A model generated the notes under the pieces. It worked only from the letters and a program-made list of their open reading frames with translations, did no database searches and had not been told where the DNA came from. From Octopus sinensis (lineage: Eukaryota): a DNA stretch of 64,000 nucleotides. Location of the stretch: contig NC_043012.1 of assembly GCF_006345805.1 (NCBI RefSeq), positions 7,998,001-8,062,000 on the forward strand. Reading direction: 5' to 3'. The translations under genes and the position numbers were made by a program. Shown here one piece after another: positions 50,447 to 61,921 of the stretch (within the stretch, counting starts at the first letter, position 1; every line of letters starts with the position of its first letter).

Positions 50447-52797
50447 AGTCATCAATACAAGTCGGGTCCTCTATCTGAATAATCTAAAACTGTTTGCCAA
50501 AAACGATAAAGACTTAGAAGAGCTCCTGAATATTGGCAAAGAATTCAGCTCTGATAAAGTTATGAAATTCGGACTTGATAAATGTGCAAAGGCTACTTTC
50601 AAGGCAGAAGACATAGAACTTGATACTACCACAGCTATTCGAAACCTAGACCAATCCGAAGTATATAAATACCTAGGAACCAATGAAGGTGATGGTATCG
50701 AGCACTCTAAAATGAAAGAGAAAATCCGCAAGGAATGCTACCGAAGGGTAAGAATGGTCCTAAACTCAGAATTAAATGCTGCAAACAGAATCAATGCGAT
50801 CAATTCTCTGGCCATATCAGTAACCACATATAGCTTCGGCATCATTAGGTGGAGTCTCACTGACATGCAGAATATGGATAGAAAGATCCGTAAAATCTTT
50901 ACAAGGTATCAAATGCACCATCCAAAATCAGATATAGACAAGATTTATCTCCCAAGAAAAATAGATGGAAGAGGCTTGATACAGCTTTAACAGTCCTTCA
51001 AATCAGCAATAATAGGCCTGCCTTGAAACGTACCTTAATACAACAAGTGATGTGCTCTTACGAACGGCACTGAAGCATGAAGATTCCAAGCAAGCTATAG
51101 TCATGAAGCTAAGTCAGAAATTTAGAAAGTCTCTTGGGCTACAAGTTAATAATAGAAATGGCCAAAGACACCCAAGTACTGACAGACCTATCATTACTTC
51201 TCCTGATTTAAAAATTAACAATCAGAAAGACCAAAGAGTTTCGAATAGTGACAGACCTATCATTGATGCAAAAAAAACATCAAATAAAAAGCACAGAAGC
51301 TTTGCATGAATAATATCGATGAAAACTAGCAAGGTAAACTCCTGCATGTAAAATATCCCAACCAACTGTCTAAGCCAGATATTGATCAAAATCTAACACA
51401 CCAACGGCTACAAGGTACAGGCCTAAAGGGCAAAAGCAGAAGGTTTTGTTTTTGCAGTGCAAGATCAGAGCTTACATATCAGAAACTACCCTGCAAACGT
51501 TCTTAAAGACGTGCTAAATTTGTGGAAAAATTCAGAGACAATTGATCATGTTGTTCCTAGCTGCCCAATCCTCACTATAAAGGAATACTTCATAAGACAT
51601 GACAGACTAAGATAGTATATCCACTGGAATGCTTGTAAATACCACAAAATTAAATCCCATGATAAGTGGTACAGGCACCATCCACAGGATGTAGTAAACG
51701 GTGAAGGCGTCACCATCCTTTGGAACTTCCCAAAACAAAGACATTGACTATGTAGTGGTTAAGTGTGTATGTAAACAAATACGTAAACCGATCCATAATT
51801 GAAAAGTATTTATTTACAGGACTTGATTCGTTAGAGGTACACTCCATACAAAATGTTGGCAACTGCTACAAGTTGCTAGAAATACCGAGTATATTCGTGG
51901 AAGTCATAGGAATGAATATGTTTGTGTGTGTGCGTGTGTGCGTGGTTCATTTGAGAGTAGTCTATCGTGGCACTTCAAACATTTCTCTCGGTCTCTGCGG
52001 TCTGCCAAAACCTTGGGTCGTATCGTAGATCTTTTCTCGTCTGTCTGCCTCGCTTTCTTGATTCACTACAGTATTTATAATAAACGTGGCAGCTAGAAAG
52101 ACAGACATACTGCAGAAGAGTTTGTACCTAAATAGGTTAGCCCCTGCCCAGTTGAACTTCGCCTGACATGCTGAGGTCGCAGGTCAAAGGGAGATGATCA
52201 ATCAATTTTTGACAGGACAAAGAAAACCTTTTTTTGCGCCTGTTGATCATTGTGATTTGGACGACCGAGAATTCTTGGATTCAGTTTCGAATCTAGGCTT
52301 GGAGAAGGAAGTATTAATTCTTACAACTCCAATCGACCAGGCATTGTGATCAAGGATTACAACAGAGGAACTTGCCTGTTAATAGATATGTCTGTTCCAC
52401 AGGATCAAAATGTTTCAAGAATGGAATACGGAAAGCTTTCTCAATCTAAAGATCTGCAAATTGAAATCACAAAAATGTGGAAGCTTAGTACTACGATAAT
52501 ACCAGTAGCAATTGGTGCGTTGGAAATGATAAAGAAGGGAGCTGAGAAGTATATTAAGCAACTCCCTGGTAGCTCCAATCTCCGTGAACTATAAAAGATA
52601 ACCTTGGTGGGTACAGCACATATACTACGGAAAACATTCTCCATCTAAAATGGAATAAATGTGGCGATAATTTTAGCATGCACAGCAAAACAAAAGTGCC
52701 CTTGCTGTTCTTGGCCTCCGGAGGATGCCCGGTACTAAGGCAGCTGAAATAAAGTTATAATGAAAGGAAGCCACAAATGATAATAATAATAATAATG
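50447..52797 (+). mobile_element. 5'-truncated R4/Dong-clade non-LTR retrotransposon (RT end, CCHC finger, RLE), decayed
   Basis: LYLNNLKLFAK...MKFGLDKCAK...YKYLG...HHPKSDIDKIYLPRKIDGRGL; ETIDHVVPSC...RHD; NRPGIVIKD...LIDMSVP...IIPVAIGAL; (TAA)n tail ~52780-52797. Confidence 0.9.
51751..52325. mobile_element. 575-bp solo LTR inserted in the R4-like element
   Basis: Termini TGTAG...TTACA; 4-bp TSD ACTA/ACTC; removing it restores att-gac-tcc-aat-cga-cca (IDSNRP) of the host ORF. Confidence 0.7.
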
Positions 52798-52877
52798 GTT
52801 TAATTTTTTTTTGCTTTCTTGTATTGTTTAATAATAACATGTTTCTGGTATAATTATATTGTTAAGATAAATATGAT

Positions 52878-52905
52878 TTTATTACAATATGCGATATCAT
52901 TTATT
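52878..52905 (-). terminator. Candidate polyadenylation signals of the guanylate cyclase
   Basis: AATAAA on - at 52900-52905 and 52878-52883, ~200 nt after the stop, in AT-rich context. Confidence 0.45.
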
Positions 52906-53103
52906 AAAATTTAAGGCAATACAATAATACATTGTTTATATATTTATGGTAAATGTGATAAAGTAGTTAGTATTGAATGTCACGTGCGTTCAGTTCAGCC
53001 GATTCTGTTTCCTCTTAAGTTTAAGTGTCATCAGTTACATTAAGAACGGTAAGATACAAAACAGCATTAGAATTGAAACCGTTCTCTCTCTCTCTGTTTT
53101 CTC

Positions 53104-53175
53104 TCAGAATTCTGGCAATGGTTTGTTGTATCCAAGTTTACCTTTAAGCCAGTATGTCTTCTGGCATCCTTTACC
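53104..53175 (-). CDS. Guanylate cyclase, last exon (GKGCQKTYWLKGKLGYNKPLPEF*)
   Basis: Long polypyrimidine tract + ccatag acceptor, phase 0 matching the preceding exon; GKG..TYWL class III cyclase C-terminal motif. Confidence 0.92.
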   Translation of the reverse strand, partial: GKGCQKTYWLKGKLGYNKPLPEF

Positions 53176-53302
53176 CTATGGAATTGAAAAAAAAGAAGAA
53201 AAAGAAAAGAGTAAACATTGCTTATCAGAGCATGTATGAGCATGTATTAGACGTGTGTGTGTGAGAGTGTGCGTGTGAATAGAAATTGACGCCAACAACA
53301 CT

Positions 53303-53346
53303 TCACTCTGAAGATGAGACTATGAAGATTCAAGAAACGTTAGTGA
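53303..53346 (+). ncRNA. Hammerhead-like motif with weak stem II
   Basis: TCACT-CTGAAGA(53308-53314)-tgagactatgaagattcaa-GAAAC(53334-53338)-GTT-AGTGA; perfect 5-bp stem I. Confidence 0.5.
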
Positions 53347-54376
53347 TAGATCCAAAATATTTATTCTTTTATACAAAGTGCAAGAAACTCATACGAAAAT
53401 GTGAAAAAAGCCTTGATAAAAAAACAACAACCAAGAACACAGTCGTGCTTTTAATGCACAACACCGTCTTCATCGTTGTCGCCATCGTCGTCGTTTTACG
53501 TCCACTTTCTATGCTGGCATGCATTGGACTGGTTGTTACGATCCGATAGAGTTTTTATGTGGCGATACTGTCATCTTAGAGAAACCAGGGACCACATTTT
53601 ACTAATTTGTCCCATTTTTGACTTGGTTTTTACGACTGGATGTCCTTCCTAGCACCGCCACTTAACAGAATATATTGGGTGTATTTTATCGTGGCACCAG
53701 CATTAGGGAGGTCGCCTTGTCTCCCGGCAAGATTAAAGAGTCTTTTTACTGCCTTACGTTGTCATCGTGCATTCAAGGTATCACTCCTTAGAGACTGAAT
53801 AGTAGAGAGAGTAGGGAGTGAGAGGAAGAGAGTGAGAGAGAGAAGAGAGAGAGAGAGAGAGGGAGAGAGATATGATAGGAACAATAGGATCAGACAAAAA
53901 ACGCATGTAAGTATGAGAGGGTTGTAGAGAAGGGTGTAATGGTTGAGAAACAGTGATGGTAGCTACATGTTTAGTGGTGAGGGAGATTGAGGAGAAACAA
54001 AGCACGAATGGCGTGATGAGGGAAGGGGGGGAACGAATGAAGTAGAGGCAGGACAATAGAATGAAGAGAGAGAGAGAGAGAGGGAGAGAGAGAGGGAGAG
54101 AGGGAGAGAGAGAGTATTTCTTTATTCACCATAAGGTTGAGAAAAAGAGGGGACAAAACTAACGTCGGGGTCAGGGTATCGAATGAGACGAAACGTGAAT
54201 AAACAAACAATTAAAATATATACAATTAAATGGGAATGAGTGAATAACAAAAAATGAAGCGGAGGACGCGGTTGACCCCACAAACCACAGACTCACACTG
54301 AAGACTTTGCCTTCTCCTTTTTTTACATTCTCGATTAAACAGGTTCTTTCACTCGCAACATATTTGCTATAGACTT

Positions 54377-55243
54377 CGAGCTGGTAGACACGTTAACGCA
54401 GCGGGCGAAATGCTTAGCGGTATTTCGTCTGTTGTTACGTTCTGGGTCCAAATTCCGCCGAGGTCGACTTGCCTTTCATCCTTTCGGGGTCGATAAATAA
54501 AGTACCAGTTACGCACTGGGGTCGATGTAATCGACTTAATCCCTTTGTCTCTCCTTGTTTGTCCCCTCTATGTTTAGCCCCTTGTGGGCAATAAAGAAAT
54601 ATATAGACTTCCATCTTTTACGAAAGTGGTGGATAGCAATAAAGATGATTGTCCGTAAAAGAGATATAGAGAAATAGAGATGATGGGAGAGGGAAAAGAG
54701 AGAGAGAGAGCGAGAGCGAGAGAGTGAGAGAGAGTGAGAGAGTAATGGACAAGCAACAGTGATGGCTAATGGTAAAAGTAAGAGATAATGATGAATGAGT
54801 GTCAGATGTGAATGACCAGAGGAAGGGAGAGGAAGTGATGACTGGCAGTATGGTGATGATGGTTGTAGGTAATATTAAGAACAGACACGTCCGACGTCAT
54901 CACTCTTTATTCAATTGTCATGAGAGGAGTGAGAAGAAGAGTGACGAGTGAGGAAGTTGGGTGGGTGGGGATAGAATGATGGTAGAACTAATGTCATATC
55001 TCGTTATACAGGCTGCATTGCACAGTAACTAGGAGATAGGATGAGTGATATATTTCTTTATTGCCCACAAGGGGCTAAACATAGAGAGGACAAACAAGGA
55101 CAGACAAAGGGATTAAGTCGATTACATCGATTCCAGTGCAAAACTGGTACTTTTTATTTATCGACCCCGAAAGGATGAAAGGCAAAGTCGTCCTTGGCGG
55201 AATTTGAACTCAGAACGTAACGACAGACGAAATACCGCTAAGC
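54377..55243. mobile_element. Inverted pair of family-C SINEs (54377-54600 +, 55051-55243 -)
   Basis: Second copy is the reverse complement of the first, including the tatttctttattgcccacaaggggctaaac tail. Confidence 0.85.
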
Positions 55244-55287
55244 AGAAGGTAACGAAGGGAAAGGTGCAGTAAGGGGAGGCTTTATAG

Positions 55288-55579
55288 TAGTGTTTCCCAA
55301 ATATTTTCGGGTTGCCGCTCCTTTGGCATCCAGGCCACATTCCTTGCGCCCCCCCACTCACCACCACAAACATAGACCATTTTCTGCAACAAATTCAAAA
55401 CAACTGTATTTCACAAACAAAATTTACCCTAAATAACCCACTATTTTGTTTTTTCTTAACATCCGTTGACCCCTTTTCGCCACCCCATTATCACCCCACT
55501 TTTCTTCGGCGTCCCCTGGATCTTTCCACGCCCCCACCCCCACCCCCGAGAACAGTACCGCCCACTTTGGAAACCACTG
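55288..55579. mobile_element. hAT-type MITE
   Basis: TIRs tagtgtttcccaaa / tttggaaaccactg; flanks ctttatag / ctttactg (6/8 match). Confidence 0.6.
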
Positions 55580-55789
55580 CTTTACTGGAACATAATTAGC
55601 GAAAGACGCAAATACAGGATACATTATATATCCCAGAATTCATCATTATGACAGTTTTTGACGTTCGTTCTGCTATGTTTGCACTTACTTGTCTCTAATC
55701 ATCGTGGTCTTCTGTGCTCTGAATGAAGTCCAGCATATCAAGATCAGTCTTAACTATTTTGTATTAGGTCTTTCAAGGGCTCTCGTTTC

Positions 55790-56150
55790 AACAGGATCCA
55801 TTCGTTTTGGGCGTTCGATACTTCTTTATACAACTTACATTCCCCGTATGTTTCAAATGCGTACACCGGGGCTTTCTTCTCTCTTGCGCACTACACTTGA
55901 TCCCTCTTATATCCAGAGTTTCCTTCAGTTATTTTGCGCCCGTCGTTCGTACACACCAACATTACATAATCAAAGAAGCATTCCATTCCATTTCTTTGTA
56001 GTCTTCGCAATTCTCTCTATTCAAGGCTCACATCTCGCAACCATGCAACATCAAACTTCGTACACATGCATCACACAATCTGCTCTTCATTCTGGTAGAG
56101 AAACTCTTTGCAGTCAATAATAATTGCTTCTTGATCTTTCTCAGTCGCGT
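55790..56150 (-). mobile_element. Old, heavily decayed RTE fragment
   Basis: KSRLCDACVRSLMLHGCEM*...LDIRGIKCSAQERR parallels KGRLYDACVRTAMLHGSETW...LRSIRCGVQERR. Confidence 0.75.
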
Positions 56151-56611
56151 TCTTTCTTTGGCTATTGTTTTCGGACATAATCCATTGCTAATTAATTAGG
56201 TTACATAGGTAATAAACGCTATCAACTACTTCTTGGGAACAATGAAAGGGAATATATTTTTGATTGGTCTGTTAAAATTGTTGATGAAAAATAAGGATTA
56301 AAACAAATGGGAAAAAAAAATGAATGAATTTATCTGAGCATATAATCAAAGCTGATTTCACGTGAGGTCCTACCCGAAGTCATTCGTTTCCGTTCCACAA
56401 ACGACTGATTTTCCATACTTAAAATTTGTTTCAAATACCCTTCAGTCAAGTAACTTCTCTGTTGATCAATTAACCATTGATAATAACCCATATAAAGTTA
56501 CTTGGTTGCATGTGGATTGGTGACTAAGGATGAGGAAACGAAAAGCAGGCCATGGCTGAAAGTAATACACAGAGTTGGAGGATTGTGAGCAAAGCAAAGG
56601 TGGGAACAAAG

Positions 56612-56691
<80 letters not shown>

Positions 56692-57193
56692 AGAGAGGAG
56701 AGAGAGAGGGGAAGACTGTGAGAGAAGGGTATACAGTAAAACAAGGTAGCTAAGAAGCAGTTGGAGAAGGAGGGGAAGAGGAGAAGAAATTTTGGCACAA
56801 GGCCAGCAATTTCGGGGGAAGTCGATTACATCGACCCCACCCAGTGCCTATTTTATCGAGGAAAGGCAAAGTCGACCTCGGCGGAATTTGAACTCAAAAC
56901 GTAAAGATGGGCGATATGCTGCTAAGCATTTTGCCCGGAGTGCTAACGACTCTGCCAGCTTGTCGCCCTGCCTTACCTAGCAATATTGAAGATGTTTTCC
57001 GCTTAATTGCATTCCACACCAATGTAAACCCATGCTCATCACACACACACACTCTTTCTCTCTCTATCTCTCTCTCCCCTCTTACTCCAAAGCTGTCACG
57101 CCCTAGATGTGCCGCAGGGTCAAAGGGTGAAAGTTACGAGACGTTACATGTCTACTCACGACTACATAGGTAAGCAACTCAGAATAATTAACG

Positions 57194-57608
57194 AGGTACA
57201 GCGTAAGAAGCAGTTGCTTCTCGGCCACATGGTTCTGGGTTCATTCCTACTGTGTTCCACTTTGGACAAGTGTCTTCTACTACAGTCTCAGGCCGACCAA
57301 GGCTTTGCTAGTGGATTTGGTAGACGGAAACTGAAAGAAGCCCGTCATATATAAAACACGTCACATACACACACATATATATAGATATGTGTGTGTCTGT
57401 GTTTGTCTTCTACCACCGCCCGCTTGACAGCTGGTGTTGGTGTGTTTACGTCCCCATAACTTAGCGGGTCGGCAAAACACACCGATAAACTAAGTACCAG
57501 GTTTGGAAAAGAAAACTAAGTACTGTGGTAGATTCGTTCGACTAAAAGTCCTTCAAGGCGGTGCCCCAGCATGGCTGCAGTCTAATGACTGAAATAAGTA
57601 AAAGATGA
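57194..57608 (+). mobile_element. Older SINE-B-related copy
   Basis: Diverged family B head and tail. Confidence 0.75.
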
Positions 57609-57751
57609 AAAAAAAAGAGGCATACTCGTTCGTGAGTGATTGCAGGCACTGAAGTGTTATTTCATCAACAGAAAATATAATAACCCTACAACCAATCGTA
57701 TCCCAGTACAAAGAACCGCTTAGGGTACAAAATATGATCAATTCTACTCAC

Positions 57752-57843
57752 CTTAATATCTGTCTCACCGCGTAAACTGATAATGTAGCCGGTGGCAGTG
57801 CGGAGACAGTCGCATGATGTTTGACTTAACTGGATTCTTAAAG
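57752..57843 (-). CDS. Guanylate cyclase exon ((P)LRIQLSQTSCDCLRTATGYIISLRGETDIK)
   Basis: tttttcattctcag acceptor, AAG|gtgagt donor; 92 nt, phase 1 to 0, in frame with both neighbours. Confidence 0.92.
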
Positions 57844-58514
57844 CTGAGAATGAAAAATTTCGAAACGATCGTTGGATAAGTGATAAAAGAAATCATAGGA
57901 ACTAATTTGGGGTAATAAAGAACTATAGGCCCGTTGATGTGACACGAGCCTCAAATCTATCGTTTGTAGGATGGCTGTTTTATCGATTAAGCCACAGAGC
58001 TTCTGTCAGCCCATTTCCTCCATTTTTTAAAAATTTGCTTCGATTTAACTGTTGGAGGCCAACATCTGCAGGAAAGACACGAGTAGGGAGGAGAGTCCAG
58101 AGAGCCGATGTTCTGGGGTGGGGATAATGGTTAGGGGTAGGAAAAGTGGCTGAATGGGCGGAGGGTTAGACACACCAAGAGTGACGAAAGATGGAAAGAC
58201 GAGAAGCTCGGGGTACCTGAGTGATGAAAGTTCGAGACCAACCAGAGAAGAGGTCATTACAGCAAGTAAAGTAAGAGAGAAAAAAATTCTTCGCTTCTCA
58301 TGGGGGGTGAGGGGGCGGGGAAGCAAGAACCCCCCGGGTTGGTGAAGTGGTGGCGGCTGTGAGCAATAGAAATAAATAGCAGTTAGCTGGCTATATTTGA
58401 TAGAATTAAGATGGTTTTTAACATTTTTAAAACTTGTTCAATATCATGGCGGTAAATGAAGAATTATATGGAGGAAAACGTATATTCTATTTTGTCTAAT
58501 AAAGAAGGATGCCA

Positions 58515-58679
58515 GGCGTAGGAGTGGCTGTGTGGTAAGTAGCTTATTTACCAGCCACATGGTTCCGGGTTCAGTCCCACTGCGTGGCACCTTGGGCAAG
58601 TGTCTTCTACTATAGCCTCGGGCCGACCAAAGCCTTGTGAGTGGATTTGGTAGACGGAAACTGAAATAAGCCCGTCATA

Positions 58680-58738
<59 letters not shown>

Positions 58739-58999
58739 TTTTATATATATATAATATATTATATATATATAATATATATATATATGTATATGCGTGGTGT
58801 GTTTGTGTCCCCTAGCATTGCTTGACAACCGATGCTAGTGTGTTTATGTCCCCGTTACTTAGCGGTTCGGCAAAAGAGACCGATAGAATAAGTACTGGGC
58901 TTACAAAAGAATAAGTCCCGGGGTCGAGTTGCTCGATTAAAAAAGGCGGTCCTCCAGCATGGCCGCAGTCAAATGACTGAAACAAGTAAAAGAGTAAAA
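58515..58999 (+). mobile_element. SINE-B full-length copy
   Basis: Family B consensus with expanded TA tract. Confidence 0.9.
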
Positions 59000-59592
59000 G
59001 GGTATATGTGTGTATGTGATAAAACACGTCTTAAAATGCTGGTTGAAGGTGGTGGGCCGTTATGGTTTGTCAGTTTGAGAACATCTGGTTTGATTTATTA
59101 TTTCTACTATAGGCTCAGGGCCAACGTCTGGTCTAATTTATAAACTAAAGGAAGACTCGAACATTTGCCATCGCCTTTAAATACAATCATGTTTCATTAG
59201 AGAGAGCGTATTAAAAGTAAATATACAAATCATCGCTTCAGATCTTGCTATATACAGTGCAAATAATATATTTTTTTATCGGTTGGCGGATCTCAGCACT
59301 GATCAGAAAAACAGTTTCATTCGCCGAAATTATAAACAAAGCCATGAGTATGTTTAGGCTCAAAGGGTCTGGGTACTTCTGACTGACAAGACCCAACAGG
59401 TCGAAACATCACCATTGCACCAATGAACAGAGTGTGTTATGAACACATTGTCCTCGTAAAAGGAAGTTCTCTTGGGACATACTCAACAGCGATTAGCATA
59501 TCTGCGTTTAAATCTGTCGGAACGTATAGACAATAAATGTACAAGTCATCGATTCAAATATTTCTTAGTTAAACTTTTTTCTTCCTACTCAC

Positions 59593-59676
59593 GTTCACCA
59601 GTTGATTCCATCCGAGAAGCCATGTTGACTGTGTCTCCAAAAAGACAATATCGGGGCATCGCTGTTCCTACCACAC
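59593..59676 (-). CDS. Guanylate cyclase catalytic exon ((G)[27 protein letters not shown])
   Basis: Signature [18 protein letters not shown] with the guanylate-type Cys; ttcaag acceptor and C|gtgagt donor; 84 nt, phase 1 to 1. The upstream exon was not found in the window. Confidence 0.95.
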
Positions 59677-60129
59677 CTTGAATGACAGAAAAGAAATGGT
59701 AAACATATCTTCGCTTGTCGGCTATAAGGTACGTACATACTTGCACACGTAATACTTGCACACGTACACACACACACACACACACACGTTCACGGACATA
59801 TACTTAGACACACAAACACATATTTATATTTTTGTGTGTGTATATGACTATATGTATATATATTTTTTTTCAGGATTAAATAAAAAGACAACAATCGGAA
59901 AATATGACATACCTGTGTGTGTGTATATATATATATATATATGTAAAATTAAAAACGCGTAGTAAATAAACATACGAACATATACTAAATACACAATCGA
60001 TCGGAAATTCACCAAATCCTCTTCGGTTATCGGCCAGAGGGTCGCGCGCAATTTCGGCCATTATCGATAATATTGCTTCCACTCTGGAGGCACCGGCAAG
60101 AAACTTGCCGGGAATGGGACCATCCTGTA

Positions 60130-60695
60130 AAGGATGAAAGGCAAAGTCGACTTTGGCGGAATTTGCACCCAGAACGTAAAATCAGACAAAAGGCTGCTGA
60201 GCATTTCGCCCGGTGTGTTAACGATTCAGCCAGAATACGCAATATATATTGAAAGCATGAAGGCGGCAAGCTGGCAGAAACGTTAGCACGCCGGGCGAAA
60301 TGTTTAGCGGTGTTTCGTCTACCGCTACGTTCTGAGTTCAAATTCCGCCGAGGTCGACTTTGCCTTTTATTCTTTTATCAATTAAATAAGCACCAGTTAC
60401 GCTCTGAGGTCGATATAATTGACTTAATCCGTTTGTCTGTTTTTGTTTGTCCCCTCTGTGTGAAGCCCCTTGTGGTTAGTAAAGAAATAAGAAACATTAA
60501 CACGCCGAGTGAAATGTTTAACGGTTTTCGTCTGTCCTTATGTTCTGAGTTCAAATTCCACCGTGGTCGACTTTGCCTTTCATCCTTTCGGGGTCGATAA
60601 ATTAAGTACCAGTTGCATGCTGGGTCGATCTAATCGACTGGCCCCCTTCCCCCAAATTTCGGGCCTTGTATCTAGAGTAGAAAAGAATATATATT
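60130..60695. mobile_element. Three family-C SINEs (60130-60233 -, 60261-60490 +, 60497-60695 +)
   Basis: Family C consensus; the first two form a tight inverted pair. Confidence 0.85.
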
Positions 60696-61654
60696 GAAAA
60701 CATGATTCCAATTTAATCATTTTATATAAAGCATTTTTTCCGTATCTAAGTATCAGACCCTTGTAGCTTGTGTCGAACAATAAAGTTTCCAAATTCGTTC
60801 TTCATCAACGATTCTAGACTATCTCAGCCTCATTTTCAGGATGAGGAGTGATTGTTTTGCTTTTCTTTTTCGTTTCTTGTTATAGAGAGCGGCTCATGTT
60901 TATGCATATTTCATAATCAAAAGTTTGTTCATGTAGATTTCACAGCCAGAATTTGACAAAATTCCTGTTTGATGTGTCACATGTCCATAGTTTCTTGTGA
61001 AAAGTGATTATAGGAACCCTGTGATCAATTTGGTTGTGCTAGATGTAGTAGTGATGATGATAATGATGGCGATGATGGTGGTGGTGGTGGCAGTGGTGGT
61101 GGCGGCGATGGTAGTGGTAGTGGTGGTGTGTTAGTAATTCAACTCGTGATCGTTAGTTGATTTTGGTTAGCTGCAGTCGAGTTGACCCGATTAACAGAAG
61201 CCTTGTGTCTATCATCTACGACTGTACAACAGCGTCAGTAGCATCACCAACCCGCTATCCACCACCACCGCCGCCGCGGCGACGGTGGATGTTATGTTGT
61301 ATGCGTTGAAGTATGGCTGGAATTTCTTTAGCTCGATTTGGCGCAGTATCTGTGTGGCCGGAACTACCGTATGGTTTATGAGACGGACTATTTAGCGATG
61401 GAATTGTTACATGACGGCGCTTGTATATAATTTGCCCATTCTTTTTCAAGACATGGAGATGAATTTTACACAACAGCTTGAGAAGGATCGAGTTCTAATT
61501 TCTTGATATGCGTTGGTAAATCGGCAAAAGTACGAAACATGGCAGAACTGATGTGATAATTCAAATCATCAGATTAACGGGAAATCCTCTCCTCCTCTTC
61601 CTCATCGTAGCTATCGTCATAGTCGTTGTTATCTCCATCATGTTGTTGTTGATG

Positions 61655-61740
61655 TCTTCTTCTTCTTCTTCTTCTTCTTCTTCTTCTTCTTCTTCTTCTT
61701 CTTCTTCTTCTTCTTCTTCTTCTTCTTCTTCTTCTTCTTC
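61655..61740. repeat. Perfect (TCT)n trinucleotide repeat
   Basis: Directly visible. Confidence 0.98.
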
Positions 61741-61821
61741 CAATCAGGACTCACGCCATTAGCTGAACCCGGAAGAGCAAGTATTATACCATACAGTCAC
61801 GCCTGCGCTATCTTATTCTAA

Positions 61822-61921
61822 NNNNNNNNNNNNNNNNNNNNNNNNNNNNNNNNNNNNNNNNNNNNNNNNNNNNNNNNNNNNNNNNNNNNNNNNNNNNNNN
61901 NNNNNNNNNNNNNNNNNNNNN
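61822..61921. other. Assembly gap (100 N)
   Basis: Run of N; a round length suggests a placeholder size. Confidence 0.99.

Noticed and set aside
53007-53040. CTGATGA-CACTTAA-AC-TTAAGAG-GAAAC on the sense strand of the guanylate cyclase 3' UTR (possible split hammerhead enzyme strand)
   Set aside because: No GUH or stem I/III partner found nearby; a core plus GAAAC alone is expected roughly once per window by chance.
55689-56120. 143-aa + strand ORF and a minus-strand donor-like gtaagt at 55688
   Set aside because: The region is the antisense of a decayed RTE fragment; not a cyclase exon.
61255-61473. 72-aa minus-strand ORF ending in poly-Gly, upstream of the cyclase exons
   Set aside because: Preceded by an in-frame stop, no polypyrimidine acceptor, no cyclase motifs (no VETIGD or GIHSG).
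61553-61762. Poly-Glu / poly-Ser ORFs
   Set aside because: Products of the (TCT)n repeat.
61760-61810. Donor-like ggc|gtgagt on the minus strand as a candidate upstream cyclase exon
   Set aside because: The sequence is a degenerate SINE-B head (gcgcaggcgtgactgtatggta...ccgggttcag).
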